Source: Escherichia coli (lineage in GTDB: Bacteria > Pseudomonadota > Gammaproteobacteria > Enterobacterales > Enterobacteriaceae). From it: a stretch of 64,000 bases of DNA. The stretch is from assembly GCF_003334815.1 (NCBI RefSeq), contig NZ_QOWO01000018.1. The stretch is one strand, 5' to 3'. A program made the position numbers and the translations under genes. Under the pieces are notes generated by a model, which made no database searches, was not told where the DNA came from, and saw nothing but the letters and a program-made list of their open reading frames with translations. Below, piece by piece: positions 40,826 to 53,159 of this stretch (the stretch's first letter is position 1; each line of letters opens with the position of its first letter).

Positions 40826-40850
40826 GAGATTGTTAAAGATATATTACAGA
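40826..40850 (-). promoter_or_regulatory. Pho box (PhoB binding site) of the phoE promoter
   Basis: Minus strand reads CTGTAATATATCTTTAACAATCTCAGG, two CTGTAAT-like direct repeats upstream of phoE. Confidence 0.45.
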
Positions 40851-41037
40851 TTAATAATATTCTTAAAATGTGGTAATTTATTAAATCTGTAATAAAAGCG
40901 TAAACAACTGCCGCTAGGCTTGCTGATCCCGCGCAACAAAACGCCATGCTTTGCTCGCAGATGGTTGGCAACCGACGACAGTCCTGCTAAAACGTTCGTT
41001 TGATATCATTTTTCCTAAAATTGAATGGCAGAGAATC

Positions 41038-42141
41038 ATGAGTGACAGCCAGACGCTGGTGGTAAAACTCGGCACCAGTGTGCTAACAGGCGGATCGCGC
41101 CGTCTGAACCGTGCCCATATCGTTGAACTTGTTCGCCAGTGCGCGCAGTTACATGCCGCCGGGCATCGGATTGTTATTGTGACGTCGGGCGCGATCGCCG
41201 CCGGACGTGAGCACCTGGGTTACCCGGAACTGCCAGCGACCATCGCCTCGAAACAACTGCTGGCAGCGGTAGGGCAGAGTCGACTGATTCAACTGTGGGA
41301 ACAGCTGTTTTCGATTTATGGCATTCACGTCGGGCAAATGCTGCTGACCCGTGCTGATATGGAAGACCGTGAACGCTTCCTGAACGCCCGCGACACCCTG
41401 CGAGCGTTGCTCGATAACAATATCGTTCCGGTAATCAATGAGAACGATGCTGTCGCTACGGCAGAGATTAAGGTCGGCGATAACGATAACCTTTCTGCGC
41501 TGGCGGCGATTCTTGCGGGTGCCGATAAACTGTTGCTGCTGACCGATCAAAAAGGTTTGTATACCGCTGACCCGCGCAGCAATCCGCAGGCAGAACTGAT
41601 TAAAGATGTTTACGGCATTGATGACGCACTGCGCGCGATTGCCGGTGACAGCGTTTCAGGCCTCGGAACTGGCGGCATGAGTACCAAATTGCAGGCCGCT
41701 GACGTGGCTTGCCGTGCGGGTATCGACACCATTATTGCCGCGGGCAGCAAGCCGGGCGTTATTGGTGATGTGATGGAAGGCATTTCCGTCGGTACGCTGT
41801 TCCATGCCCAGGCGACTCCGCTTGAAAACCGTAAACGCTGGATTTTCGGTGCGCCGCCGGCGGGTGAAATCACGGTAGATGAAGGGGCAACTGCCGCCAT
41901 TCTGGAACGCGGCAGCTCCCTGTTGCCGAAAGGCATTAAAAGCGTGACTGGCAATTTCTCGCGTGGTGAAGTCATCCGCATTTGCAACCTCGAAGGCCGC
42001 GATATCGCCCACGGCGTCAGTCGTTACAACAGCGATGCATTACGCCGTATTGCCGGACACCACTCGCAAGAAATTGATGCAATACTGGGATATGAATACG
42101 GCCCGGTTGCCGTTCACCGTGATGACATGATTACCCGTTAA
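41038..42141 (+). CDS. proB: Glutamate 5-kinase
   Basis: 367 aa from [19 protein letters not shown]; C-terminal PUA domain. Confidence 0.95.
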
Positions 42142-42152
42142 GGAGCAGGCTG

Positions 42153-43406
42153 ATGCTGGAACAAATGGGCATTGCCGCGAAGCAAGCCTCGTATAAATTA
42201 GCGCAACTCTCCAGCCGCGAAAAAAATCGCGTGCTGGAAAAAATCGCCGATGAACTGGAAGCACAAAGCGAAATCATCCTCAACGCTAACGCCCAGGATG
42301 TTGCTGACGCGCGAGCCAATGGCCTTAGCGAAGCGATGCTTGACCGTCTGGCACTGACGCCCGCACGGCTGAAAGGCATTGCCGACGATGTACGTCAGGT
42401 GTGCAACCTCGCCGATCCGGTGGGGCAGGTAATCGATGGCGGCGTACTGGACAGCGGCCTGCGTCTTGAGCGTCGTCGCGTACCGCTGGGGGTTATTGGC
42501 GTGATTTATGAAGCGCGCCCGAACGTGACGGTTGATGTCGCTTCGCTGTGCCTGAAAACCGGTAATGCGGTGATCCTGCGCGGTGGCAAAGAAACGTGTC
42601 GCACTAACGCTGCAACGGTGGCGGTGATTCAGGACGCCCTGAAATCCTGCGGCTTACCGGCGGGTGCCGTGCAGGCGATTGATAATCCTGACCGTGCGCT
42701 GGTCAGTGAAATGCTGCGTATGGATAAATACATCGACATGCTGATCCCGCGTGGTGGCGCTGGTTTGCATAAACTGTGCCGTGAACAGTCGACAATCCCG
42801 GTGATCACAGGTGGTATAGGCGTATGCCATATTTACGTTGATGAAAGTGTAGAGATCGCTGAAGCATTAAAAGTGATCGTCAACGCGAAAACTCAGCGTC
42901 CGAGCACATGTAATACGGTTGAAACGTTGCTGGTGAATAAAAACATCGCCGATAGCTTCCTGCCCGCATTAAGCAAACAAATGGCGGAAAGCGGCGTGAC
43001 ATTACACGCAGATGCAGCTGCACTGGCGCAGTTGCAGGCAGGCCCTGCGAAGGTGGTTGCTGTTAAAGCCGAAGAGTATGACGATGAGTTTCTGTCATTA
43101 GATTTGAACGTCAAAATCGTCAGCGATCTTGACGATGCCATCGCCCATATTCGTGAACACGGCACACAACACTCCGATGCGATCCTGACCCGCGATATGC
43201 GCAACGCCCAGCGTTTTGTTAACGAAGTGGATTCGTCCGCTGTTTACGTTAACGCCTCTACGCGTTTTACCGACGGCGGCCAGTTTGGTCTGGGTGCGGA
43301 AGTGGCGGTAAGCACACAAAAACTCCACGCGCGTGGCCCAATGGGGCTGGAAGCACTGACCACTTACAAGTGGATCGGCATTGGTGATTACACCATTCGT
43401 GCGTAA
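42153..43406 (+). CDS. proA: Gamma-glutamyl phosphate reductase
   Basis: 417 aa aldehyde dehydrogenase family, directly after proB. Confidence 0.95.
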
Positions 43407-43520
43407 ATAAAACCGGGTGATGCAAAAGTAGCCATTTGATTCACAAGGCCATTGACGCATCGCCCGGTTAGTTTTAACCTTGTCCACCGTGATTCACGTT
43501 CGTGAACATGTCCTTTCAGG

Positions 43521-43596
43521 GCCGATATAGCTCAGTTGGTAGAGCAGCGCATTCGTAATGCGAAGGTCGTAGGTTCGACTCCTATTATCGGCACCA
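43521..43596 (+). tRNA. thrW: tRNA-Thr (anticodon CGT)
   Basis: 76-nt cloverleaf GCCGATATAGCTCAGTTGGTAGAGCAGCGCATTCGTAATGCG...GGTTCGACTCCTATTATCGGCACCA with encoded CCA; anticodon loop ttCGTaa. Confidence 0.9.
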
Positions 43597-43722
43597 TTAA
43601 AATCAAAGAGTTACCCCATATTTAAATACACCACGTTTCCTCCTGTGCCGTATTTGTGCCATTGTAACCTTGGCAATTCATCAAAATACTGTTCTGACAT
43701 CAGGCAGTGCAGGTGCAGACAT

Positions 43723-44133
43723 TTAAGCCAATTGCTGCCGCCATTCTTTGACGTAGTCAATCAGGGCGCGGAGCTTTGGTGCAATATTGCGACGCTGTGG
43801 GAAATACAGATAGAAGCCCGGAAATTGTGGAAGAAAGTCATCAAGCAGCGATACAAGCTTACCGCTTTCAATATATGGCCTGAAAGTTTCCTGAGTGGCA
43901 ATTGTTATTCCTCCGCCGGCAAGAGCCAGCCTCAACATCAGACGCAGATCATTAGTCGTAATCTGCGGTTCAATCGCAAGGTCGAAAGTTCTCCCGTTTT
44001 CTTCAAATGGCCAGCGATAAGGCGCAACCTCCGGGGACTGACGCCAGCCGATACACTTATGGGTATTTCCCCCGGAGGCGAGAAAGCGCTCTCCACGCCC
44101 GGCCGCAAGGATCAGGACGACGGGGGCAGGCAT
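43723..44133 (-). pseudogene. yagP: Truncated LysR-family regulator remnant (yagP-like; substrate-binding domain C-terminus only)
   Basis: 137 codons from ATG 44133; C-terminal LysR-like ...GKLVSLLDDFLPQFPGFYLYFPQRRNIAPKLRALIDYV; no HTH domain; overlaps paoD 3' end. Confidence 0.5.
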
Positions 44134-45068
44134 GAATCCTCCTCCTGATGGAGACGTACAGAGGCGACTTCTGCCAGCACGGAGAGTGCCAGAGTATGCG
44201 CATCCCGGGCTTTGGGGAATATCCCGACGGGTGCCCGGATTTGCGTTGTTTCCTCCCTGGACCATCCCAGCTCGTGGAGCTTTTGCAGACGTAACGTGTG
44301 GGTTCGATAGCTGCCCAATGCGCCGAGATAAAAGGGTTTTGCTTCTCGCGCGGCCTGCAACACTGGCAGCTCCCGGTTGAGATCATGGCACAGCAAAATG
44401 ACCGCCGTATCGGTATCGATCTGAGCGCTGGCTGAGGCCGGAAAAAGATCGAAGATATGGCTGTCATAGCCTGTGGCTGCTGCAAGACTCGCGGTTGCCT
44501 GCGCCTCAAGAGAACGTCCGTAAATCATCAGCCTGACGCATGGCCTGAACCCCACCTCAAAGCCATTGAGATTCCAGCCCGTCCGGGTTTGCGTGGGCAG
44601 GCACACCAGCGATTGTGCTTGCGGATCGTAGCGCAGCCCCACCGGTTTTCTCTGTTCCAGGCGGTTCAGCACGGCGAGCAGAGGCTGTGCCGAGCGTAGT
44701 TTATGGAGCGTCAGCGTGATCCCACCGCCGCAGGGCAGAACGATGTCAAACCACGGCGAACCTTCGCCATAGCGAATTTCGCGATCGCGGCCTGAGCCCA
44801 TCATCTCCAGCGCTTCAAAAGCGGCAGCGGCCTCCACGCAGCCGCCAGAGACAAAACCGCAGTAACGACCATCTTCGCGCACCACCATCTGCGCCCCGAG
44901 CGGGCGCGCCGCGCCGCCGCGTATCTCCACCAGCGTCACCAGCACCGCTCCTTTACCGGACATTAGCGCCTCTACGGCGAAGCGCAGAATGGTCCGGTGG
45001 TCATCGGTGAGAAACGCCTGCTCTGGCTTATGCCAGTGTTCGTCTTTGTCAAAAAGCGGGTATGACAT
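44112..45068 (-). CDS. paoD: Molybdenum cofactor insertion chaperone PaoD (XdhC family)
   Basis: 318 aa, XdhC/CoxI-like; downstream of paoABC. Confidence 0.8.
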   Translation of the reverse strand: MSYPLFDKDEHWHKPEQAFLTDDHRTILRFAVEALMSGKGAVLVTLVEIRGGAARPLGAQMVVREDGRYCGFVSGGCVEAAAAFEALEMMGSGRDREIRYGEGSPWFDIVLPCGGGITLTLHKLRSAQPLLAVLNRLEQRKPVGLRYDPQAQSLVCLPTQTRTGWNLNGFEVGFRPCVRLMIYGRSLEAQATASLAAATGYDSHIFDLFPASASAQIDTDTAVILLCHDLNRELPVLQAAREAKPFYLGALGSYRTHTLRLQKLHELGWSREETTQIRAPVGIFPKARDAHTLALSVLAEVASVRLHQEEDSCLPPSS

Positions 45069-45077
45069 TGTTCCTCC

Positions 45078-47276
45078 TTAAACCACATCCGGCAGCTTAT
45101 CGAGCAGCTTATCCAGAGTGATGGGATAATCCCGTACCCGAATACCGGTGGCGTTATACACCGCGTTGGCGATAGCCGCGCTCACGCCGCACAGGCCCAG
45201 CTCACCGACACCTTTGGCCTTCATCGGGGAGGATATGGGGTCGGTATCATCCAGGAAAATCACCTCCTGTTTTGGGATATCCGCATGAACCGGCACCTCA
45301 TACCCCGCCATATCGTGATTAACGAAGTAGCCCAAACGGTCATCCACCGCCAGCTCCTCCATCAGTGCCGCGCCCATGCCCATAGTCATTGCGCCAATGA
45401 CCTGGCTGCGCGCAGTTTTCGGATTCAGGATGCGTCCTGCAGCACACACAGCGAGCATACGCCGGACCCGAACTTCTCCCGTCGCGCTATGCACGCCGAC
45501 CTCCACAAAATGCCCGGCAAAGGTCGACTGCTGGTACTCTTTGCTCAGTGTTCCGAATTCAATGCTCTCTTCCGCTGTCAGTCTGCCGCCTGCGGTGGCT
45601 TCATGTAGCGTGGCGCTTCGGGTACCGTTGGTAATCTTGCCGTCGGCAAACTGCGACTGCTCAGGATCAAACCCGACTGCCGAGGCAATCATTTCGCGAA
45701 GCTTCATACAGGCGGCGTAAACGCCGGAGGTGGAGGTATTCGCGCCCCATTGTCCACCAGAACCCGCAGAAACCGGGAAACTGGAATCGCCGAGGTGAAC
45801 CGCAACCTGCTCCAGCGGTACGCCAAGCATTTCCGCTGCCGTCTGGGCCAGAATGGTGTAGCTGCCGGTGCCAATGTCGGTCATGTCCGTTTCTACGGTA
45901 ACGGTGCCGTTTTGTTCGAGGTGAACCCGAGCACCCGATTTTTCCAGCAGATTATTGCGAAAGCCCGCCGCAACACCGTGGCCGACTAGCCACTCCCCGT
46001 CGCGCACCTGTCCGGGTGTGGCGTTGCGCTGCTTCCAGCCAAATTTATCCGCTCCGGTGCGCAAGCACTCGATAAGCTGACGGCGAGAGAAGCAGCGCGT
46101 CGGGTCGGCGGGGTCAACCTGAGTGTCATTCAGGATGCGAAACTCGACGGGATCGATGCCCGCTTTTTCCGCCAGTTCGTCGATCGCGATTTCGAGCGCC
46201 ATCAGACCGGGGGCTTCGCCGGGCGCACGCATGGCGTTCCCTTCCGGCAAATCAAGCGTGGCGAGCCGCAGGCCGGTATGACGATTCGCCCCGGCGTAGA
46301 GTAATTCGCTTTGCTGTACCGCCGTTTCCGGCGTGCCGCCGGGCAGGTTTCCAGACCAGCTTTCATGTGAGATAGCGGTGATTTTCCCGCTCTGGTCGGC
46401 ACCGATACGCAAGTGCTGAAGGGTGGCGGGGCGGTGCGTGGTGTTATTGGGAATAGAGGGGCGGGGGAGCATCACTTTAACCGGACGTTTCACCGCTCGG
46501 GCGGCGAGGGCCGCCAGCAGCGCATCGCTTCTCAGGAACAGCTTGCCGCCAAACCCTCCGCCGATATACGGGGAGATAATACGCACATTCTCCACGGGAA
46601 CTTTCAGCGTTTTTGCCAGATCGGTGCGGCACCAGTCAATCATCTGATTTGAGGTCCAGAGGGTAAGCTTATTTCCATCCCAGACGGCCATCGAGGCATG
46701 CGGCTCCATCGCCATATGGCTCTGGTCCGGGGTCGTGTAGGTAGCATCAATCTTCACCGCAGCGGAGGTGAAAGCCCCGTCAAAGTCACCGACGTTTTTG
46801 TCGGGCGTGTCTTCCGGCGGCTGATTGACGGCCTGTTTTTCGTCCGCCAGGGAGTAAGCTCCTTTATTACGGCGATAGTGTGCCTGCACCAGCGAGGCCG
46901 CCGCTCGCGCCTGTTCGAAGGTCTCGGCCACTACCAGCGCAATGGCCTGATGATAGTGCTCAATAGTGGGGCCGCCTAACAGCCTGGCGGTGTTTTTGTC
47001 GCCTTTGCCGAGTGCCCCGGCGTTACTGGCGGTAATGACAGCCAGTACGCCCGGCGCTTTTTGCGCGGCGTCCGTATCAAGGGCGGTGAGGCGTCCTTTG
47101 GCAATGGCGGAACCGACGATATAGCCATAGGCGGCGTTGGGGGCTTCTTCATGCCATTCGTAGGCGTAGCGTGCCGTGCCGGTAGTTTTCAGCGGTCCGT
47201 CGATGCGGTCATGGGGACGACCGACAACCTTCAGCTGATCGATCGGGTTTTCCCCTGCGGGTTTATCAAATTTCAT
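45078..47276 (-). CDS. paoC: Aldehyde oxidoreductase molybdopterin-binding subunit PaoC
   Basis: 732 aa xanthine dehydrogenase family large subunit. Confidence 0.9.
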   Translation of the reverse strand: MKFDKPAGENPIDQLKVVGRPHDRIDGPLKTTGTARYAYEWHEEAPNAAYGYIVGSAIAKGRLTALDTDAAQKAPGVLAVITASNAGALGKGDKNTARLLGGPTIEHYHQAIALVVAETFEQARAAASLVQAHYRRNKGAYSLADEKQAVNQPPEDTPDKNVGDFDGAFTSAAVKIDATYTTPDQSHMAMEPHASMAVWDGNKLTLWTSNQMIDWCRTDLAKTLKVPVENVRIISPYIGGGFGGKLFLRSDALLAALAARAVKRPVKVMLPRPSIPNNTTHRPATLQHLRIGADQSGKITAISHESWSGNLPGGTPETAVQQSELLYAGANRHTGLRLATLDLPEGNAMRAPGEAPGLMALEIAIDELAEKAGIDPVEFRILNDTQVDPADPTRCFSRRQLIECLRTGADKFGWKQRNATPGQVRDGEWLVGHGVAAGFRNNLLEKSGARVHLEQNGTVTVETDMTDIGTGSYTILAQTAAEMLGVPLEQVAVHLGDSSFPVSAGSGGQWGANTSTSGVYAACMKLREMIASAVGFDPEQSQFADGKITNGTRSATLHEATAGGRLTAEESIEFGTLSKEYQQSTFAGHFVEVGVHSATGEVRVRRMLAVCAAGRILNPKTARSQVIGAMTMGMGAALMEELAVDDRLGYFVNHDMAGYEVPVHADIPKQEVIFLDDTDPISSPMKAKGVGELGLCGVSAAIANAVYNATGIRVRDYPITLDKLLDKLPDVV

Positions 47277-48229
47277 GCCTGTGCCCTCGCTTCAGCCAGT
47301 ACGGAGGCAAGCGTTCGCTTCGCCAACAGGAGTTTAAAGGTGTTTTCAGCGGTGGGATGGGCGCTGGCGAACAGCGTGTCATATACGGCCTGCGCCCCCT
47401 GGGATAGCTGAGCATCCGCAGCCTCAATGCGCCAGGGCTTATGTGCTACTCCGCCCAGCGCGACGCGCCCGCTGCCGTCAGGCTGAATAATCGCCGCGAC
47501 CGATACCAGGGCAAAGGCGTAGGAGGCGCGATCGCGCACCTTACGGTAGATATGTTTTCCGCCGAGCGGTGGAGGTAACGTCACCGCAACGATAAGCTCA
47601 CCGGGAAGCAGGGCGGTTTCAATGTGCGGCGTTTTTCCCGGAGGGTGATAAAAATCAGCCAGTGTGATACTGCGAGTCTTTCCCTCCGGCGTGATGGTTT
47701 CCACCACCGCATCCAGCAACCGCATTGCGACCGCCATATCGCTCGGATGGGTGGCAATGCAGGCTTCGCTTACGCCTACCACCGCGTGCTGACGGCTAAA
47801 GCCTTCAAGCGCCGCGCAGCCGCTCCCGGGCAGGCGCTTATTGCAGGGCTGATTGGTGTCGTAAAAATAGGGGCAGCGCGTGCGCTGGAGCAGATTACCT
47901 GCGGTGGTTGCCTGATTACGTAACTGACCAGACGCGCCAGCGAGCAGGGCGCGGGAGAGTACCGCGTAATCACGACGCACGCGCTCGTGAGCCGCCAGGT
48001 CGGTGTTCCGTACCAGTGCGCCGATGCGCAGCCCACCCGCGTCGGTCACTTCAATCTTATCGAGCCCGAGGCCGTTCACATCGATAAGGTGGGTGGGCGT
48101 TTCAATTTCCAGCTTCATCAGGTCCAGCAGATTGGTCCCGCCCGCGATAAATTTTGCGCCGGGTACGCGCTGAGCGCTAAGTGCCGCCTCGGCTGGGGTA
48201 TTCACTCGTTCATAGGTAAACGCCTTCAT
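47273..48229 (-). CDS. paoB: Aldehyde oxidoreductase FAD-binding subunit PaoB
   Basis: 318 aa CO dehydrogenase flavoprotein-like. Confidence 0.9.
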   Translation of the reverse strand: MKAFTYERVNTPAEAALSAQRVPGAKFIAGGTNLLDLMKLEIETPTHLIDVNGLGLDKIEVTDAGGLRIGALVRNTDLAAHERVRRDYAVLSRALLAGASGQLRNQATTAGNLLQRTRCPYFYDTNQPCNKRLPGSGCAALEGFSRQHAVVGVSEACIATHPSDMAVAMRLLDAVVETITPEGKTRSITLADFYHPPGKTPHIETALLPGELIVAVTLPPPLGGKHIYRKVRDRASYAFALVSVAAIIQPDGSGRVALGGVAHKPWRIEAADAQLSQGAQAVYDTLFASAHPTAENTFKLLLAKRTLASVLAEARAQA

Positions 48230-48915
48230 GATTTTATCTCCCCCGCAGCATCTTCAATGGCGGCAAGGATGTTAGCGTATGCACCACAGCGACAGATGTT
48301 GCCGCTCATACGTTCACGGATCTCATCGGCAGTTGTTTCTGGAGCGGAAACCAAATCGACCGTGACGTGACTGGGAATGCCGTCCTGAATCTCTTTTAGC
48401 ACCGCTACTGATGAGCAAATTTGCCCGGAGGTGCAGTAGCCGCACTGGAAGCCATCATGCTTGATAAAGGCCGCCTGCATGGGGTGAAGATTATCTGGCG
48501 AACCCAGGCCTTCAATGGTGGTGATCTCGGCCCCCTGATGCATGACTGCAAGCGTCAGGCAGGCATTAAGCCTGCGACCATTGACCAGCACGGTACAGGC
48601 TCCGCACTGTCCGTGATCGCAACCTTTCTTGGTACCGATCAAATGCAGATTTTCACGCAAAGTGTCCAGTAGCGTGGTTCGGGTATCCACCTCAAGCTGC
48701 TCGGTTTTGCCGTTCACCTTCAGTGTCAGGGGCATTATCTCTGGCGCGGGTGTAGCTGCCGGAACGCTTGCCGCCAGCGTAGAATGAGGATAAACCACGG
48801 CGGTCGCCGCTGTTGCGGCGCTCACTTTAATCAGATCGCGACGGGTCAAACTTAAATCGTGCGGCTCGTGCTTCCCAACCCGATTATCTTCGGGGTATTC
48901 GCCTTGGTTGCTCAT
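48226..48915 (-). CDS. paoA: Aldehyde oxidoreductase 2Fe-2S subunit PaoA with Tat signal
   Basis: 229 aa; twin-arginine motif TRRDLIK; Cys clusters for two [2Fe-2S] centres. Confidence 0.9.
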   Translation of the reverse strand: MSNQGEYPEDNRVGKHEPHDLSLTRRDLIKVSAATAATAVVYPHSTLAASVPAATPAPEIMPLTLKVNGKTEQLEVDTRTTLLDTLRENLHLIGTKKGCDHGQCGACTVLVNGRRLNACLTLAVMHQGAEITTIEGLGSPDNLHPMQAAFIKHDGFQCGYCTSGQICSSVAVLKEIQDGIPSHVTVDLVSAPETTADEIRERMSGNICRCGAYANILAAIEDAAGEIKS

Positions 48916-49332
48916 ACCAGGCCTCCGGTATTCTAAAGGGGAAAATAAGAGTGCGTTGCGAGAGTGCTGATGCTTTTTTAAACGTTAAGCATAGTCGGCG
49001 ACAGCAGGAGGATTATTCTTAAAACGCGAATGCAGCTATGAGCCCGGCTAATAAATTCATGTTCGCCGGGATGTTGATGATGATGGGAGCTGGTTTATTG
49101 CTTTAGTTGTACGATGCAAAAACCAATAAGGAAACCTGTGATTTTCAGCTCTACATCACCCTGCAAATCTCTGTCACTTCTAATATAAAAATAGGGAGAA
49201 ATGATGGAGCTTATATTCATTGGCGATTAGGAAACTATCTTGTTATACAAAACAATACAGTTCTTTACATTTGCCTTGTTTTATGAATACTCCTGAAGAG
49301 GTGTATAACATAATGGTACAAGCAGGGTAGAT

Positions 49333-49947
49333 ATGAATATATTTGAACAAACTCCACCGAACCGCAGACGTTATGGTCTTGCTGCATTCATTGGGCTGAT
49401 TGCTGGCGTTGTTTCCGCATTCGTGAAGTGGGGGGCTGAAGTTCCATTGCCGCCACGTAGCCCGGTGGATATGTTTAATGCAGCGTGTGGCCCGGAATCA
49501 TTAATCAGGGCTGCAGGCCAAATTGATTGCTCGCGTAATTTTCTCAATCCACCGTATATTTTTCTTCGAGACTGGTTGGGGCTGACAGATCCCAATGCGG
49601 CTGTTTATACCTTTGCCGGGCATGTCTTTAACTGGGTTGGTGTTACGCACATTATCTTTTCGATAGTGTTTGCTGTCGGTTATTGTGTGGTCGCTGAAGT
49701 ATTTCCAAAAATTAAACTCTGGCAGGGCTTACTGGCAGGTGCTTTAGCCCAACTTTTTGTTCATATGATTTCATTCCCTCTCATGGGACTGACGCCACCT
49801 CTGTTTGATCTCCCGTGGTATGAGAATGTTTCTGAAATTTTTGGACATTTAGTCTGGTTCTGGTCTATTGAAATTATTCGCAGAGATTTACGAAACAGAA
49901 TTACTCATGAGCCAGACCCTGAGATCCCTTTAGGCTCAAACAGATAA
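49333..49947 (+). CDS. yagU: Inner membrane protein YagU (DUF1440)
   Basis: 204 aa multi-TM protein; K-12 context after pao. Confidence 0.8.
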
Positions 49948-49964
49948 TGCATTGAATGATAAAA

Positions 49965-49990
49965 ATGGCGCAAATACAGCGCCATTTTTA
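49965..49990 (+). terminator. Rho-independent terminator of yagU
   Basis: atggcgc-aaataca-gcgccat followed by TTTTTA. Confidence 0.6.
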
Positions 49991-50137
49991 TAGGTTAAAA
50001 ACATTGCTTTTTATATTCTGATGCAGATAGTCAGTGAGTATATCGCGCTACTTCAGGATGATGTAGATCCGAAGAACGCTACAGAAGAGAGGCATTGTTG
50101 CTGGCAAATAGAAGAAGTATCGGGTTTTGTTACCCCT

Positions 50138-50173
50138 GAAAAACGAAGCCCCGCTATTATCGCTGGCGGGGCA
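50138..50173 (-). terminator. Probable rho-independent terminator of ykgJ
   Basis: Minus strand GCCCCGC-loop-GCGGGGC followed by ttcgttttt, 22 nt after ykgJ stop. Confidence 0.45.
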
Positions 50174-50194
50174 GTGCAATTAATTATTGTATGT

Positions 50195-50524
50195 TTATAA
50201 CGGTGTCAGCCCGTATTTAGCCCTTGCACGATTGCAAGCCTCATTGACGACTCCGTTCTCACCAGACATGGCGAATTCTCTGCATGTGGACGATCGATTT
50301 TTATATATCGTGCAGCAGGCATTTTTGCCCGGGGTTCCTGCAAGGGCAATACATCGGGGGTTTTTCTGATTGGTACCGCTCATGCATCGGTGAAAAGGGG
50401 ATATTTGTTCAGTGAGCCTGGCGGGAATAGTACCGCCAGCATCGTCGGCTTCGGCCCAGTAAAAAGAGACGCGGAAAAATGCACAACAGGCACCACACGT
50501 CATGCATGGATTCAGATTGCTCAT
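50195..50524 (-). CDS. ykgJ: Cys-rich zinc/iron-chelating domain protein YkgJ
   Basis: 109 aa; CxxCxxCC...CxxL...C pattern. Confidence 0.8.
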
Positions 50525-50836
50525 AATTCACCAGTACAGCTAAAAATCGTAAAGAGAACAGCGGTACATCGTATGTAAGAACGTACCGCGGTTGGCTGGG
50601 GAACTTTCGATAGTGTGAGTATTGAATGATTTCCAGCCGTTACCGATTTTACGTACTAATTCGTGATTAAACCACTCGTTAGCAGGCTGCCTGATACCTT
50701 TCCGTGTCTCCTGAACACTATGGTGTGCATATGAGAAAGCCCATCGTTACAGGTGATATTGACGATCGCTTCCACATCATTTAAACGATTTTTGGGGCTC
50801 TGAGGTGGAATTCTTCCCTCGACCGATGGATAAGTC

Positions 50837-51548
50837 TTAGTCCGCCGAAGGGGGCTTAGCCGGACAGGAATCGCTAATCTTAATGAATTTGTCGTTATAG
50901 ACCAGATAGTGATTCCCCGGCTGACGTAACTCAGGCTGATGAACCACGTCTCCCGGACGTAGATACCAGGCATCGCCTTCCTCTTCGGTCGAATCACATC
51001 CTGGCTTAATCAGTAGCTTAAACCATGTGTTGCCAGTGTTACTTACCGTTCCTGTCACCTTGTCGAAGGACCATTTAAACTGAACCTGACGTGGTCGTAC
51101 TACCAGAATGGTATCCATCACCACCACCGGCTCCGTGCTGACCACGCCGCCGGTTGGGCTGCGTCTTGTATGGTTACGAGTGGGGACCTCGCGAAATGAG
51201 ACCCGGTAGTAGCGCTCGCGGTTATCCCGTGGACCATGATAGTAAAATTTAAAATACTCGCTCTCACCAGCCTGCAACGCCAGCTGGCGGGGGGCGAAAA
51301 GCAGTTCACCATCCACCGGTCGGGTGCGCAATTCACTGCTGCCCGGGCTATCAATAGCACTGATGGCAATACGGTATATCCGTGCGCTTTTGTTGTTATT
51401 CACTACACGTTTGCTGACAAAGTCAGTCTCGGACGGCAGCGAAAATGTCAGATTGCCGACCGAAATCGCCTGTGTCAAAGGTGCCGCCAGCATACAGACC
51501 GCTGTCAGCAGGGCCTTAGTTAATGTTACGCCACGTCGCCTGAACATG
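50837..51548 (-). CDS. ecpE: E. coli common pilus chaperone EcpE
   Basis: 236 aa from [14 protein letters not shown] signal peptide; last gene of ecp operon. Confidence 0.8.
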
Positions 51549-53159
51549 AATCTCTCCTGAAGCGCTGACTTCGCCAAACCAGCCGTTATCATCTACCGTA
51601 CGCAGCGAAATGGCGTTATCCATTGGAATCGAAAATTTGACTGTGGTCTTATCCATCTGCCCCACTTCGCCAGAGATATCAGTCCACGGTGTGGTCAACC
51701 ACAGCGCATCGGTCATATCCCGCCAGCTATCATCGCACCCGGCATCGTAGGTTTTTGTAGCTCCGTTGCGGGTAATAAAGGAAAGTGTCGCCGGGAACGG
51801 TACTTTCGCCTTACCGTCATCGGAGCTGAAGACACAATAGGAGCGCCCGCCAATCACCTGCGCGGGTCCGGTCACCTTGATCAGCACTTCGTCGGCAGCT
51901 GTTTTACCGCTGGTGGTTACGATATAGCCGAAATCGAGTGCCGACTCGCCGCTGCCAACATATCCCTCCCGCGACGGTGTCTGAGTATATTCATCGGAGA
52001 TAATACTGATGCTGAAATCACGGGGTTTGATAATCAGCGTGTTGGAGGTAGAAAATTCATACCAGCCAGACTCCGGTGATGTGGTGTTCTGAAAGCGAAA
52101 GTTGAATAGATCTTTGGTGTTGATATCGCTGATCCCGAGGTTCACCATCTGCTTAAAGAAGTTGCTCGAGAAGAAAACATAGATCGAGTCTGCGCTCTTC
52201 ATCTCGTTGAAGGTGTAGTAATAGGCGGTATTGCTCACCGGTTTCCATGAACTGCCATTCAGACTGAACTGCATATCGTACGCCCCGACGGCCGAGGCTA
52301 ACGACGAGTTGGCGATCGCCGGGAATATATGGATTGAGGTGTTGCTGAGTCCGTTTGTTTGCAGGGTATAGTTAACCATCTTACAACTTAATCCTGAACG
52401 GCTGCCGATGGTTTGCGTCCGGCAGTCGGCGTTCCCTTCGCCCAGAGTCGGTACTCCGTCGCTGTTGATAAATACTTCCGCCAGCGAGTGGGTATTTATC
52501 AACCGTAGATTTGCTGCTTTCGTATGGGTGACGTTGCGAACATACCAGTTGCCGGAGGCCTGATCCTTACAGCGTGCGCCGCTGCTGGCGTCATAGTTCA
52601 CAGAGGTCTGGCAGGCATTGATGGTCATTGTAAAGCTGCTGCCGACGGGCATTTGTTGCATATACTGGTAAAACGCGTCTGACAACATGCCGTGCATCCA
52701 CTTCGCGCCGCCGCTGGTCACCGTCGCGCCATAAAATCCACTGGCGTCGGTGGTTTGCGGCAGGATAAGACTGGTGGTCATATTACACCCAGCGTACCAG
52801 TTGATGCAGCGCAAGCCAGTTAAAGGAGATGAAACTGGTGAATTTTCCAGCCACATATCAAACTTCCAGTTGGTATAAAGGCCGGTGTTGTAACCGTTAT
52901 CAATGTAGCCGAGGCTTTGCTGATAGATGGTTCCTGAACCAGTGTATTTTAAACCGGTCCAGCGGTTGGCACCGGTCAGGCGCGGATCCAGCGCCCCGCC
53001 AGGAGTGACGAAAAAGTTGTCGTCTGAGTTGTTTTCGACAAACACAAACTCGCGTGCCGGTGCATCCGCCCAGGTTGTTTTGCTCACTGCCGCTCTGAGC
53101 GCAGTTACTGGCCAGATTAGCGCGAAAATTATCATCGTTATTAGTAGGTTAACTCTCAT
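51516..53159 (-). CDS. ecpD: E. coli common pilus tip adhesin EcpD
   Basis: 547 aa secreted protein; operon position. Confidence 0.85.
   Translation of the reverse strand: MRVNLLITMIIFALIWPVTALRAAVSKTTWADAPAREFVFVENNSDDNFFVTPGGALDPRLTGANRWTGLKYTGSGTIYQQSLGYIDNGYNTGLYTNWKFDMWLENSPVSSPLTGLRCINWYAGCNMTTSLILPQTTDASGFYGATVTSGGAKWMHGMLSDAFYQYMQQMPVGSSFTMTINACQTSVNYDASSGARCKDQASGNWYVRNVTHTKAANLRLINTHSLAEVFINSDGVPTLGEGNADCRTQTIGSRSGLSCKMVNYTLQTNGLSNTSIHIFPAIANSSLASAVGAYDMQFSLNGSSWKPVSNTAYYYTFNEMKSADSIYVFFSSNFFKQMVNLGISDINTKDLFNFRFQNTTSPESGWYEFSTSNTLIIKPRDFSISIISDEYTQTPSREGYVGSGESALDFGYIVTTSGKTAADEVLIKVTGPAQVIGGRSYCVFSSDDGKAKVPFPATLSFITRNGATKTYDAGCDDSWRDMTDALWLTTPWTDISGEVGQMDKTTVKFSIPMDNAISLRTVDDNGWFGEVSASGEIHVQATWRNIN

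Noticed and set aside
44112-44265. MocA/MobA-like nucleotidyltransferase reading (MPAPVVLILAAGRGERF) at the start of the yagP frame
   Set aside because: The motif is short and the remainder of the frame is LysR-like; upstream codons of the ORF overlap paoD out of frame. Most likely coincidence, treated as part of a LysR remnant.
50656-50997. 113-aa minus-strand ORF overlapping the ecpE 3' region
   Set aside because: Alternative frame of ecpE and intergenic DNA; no support.
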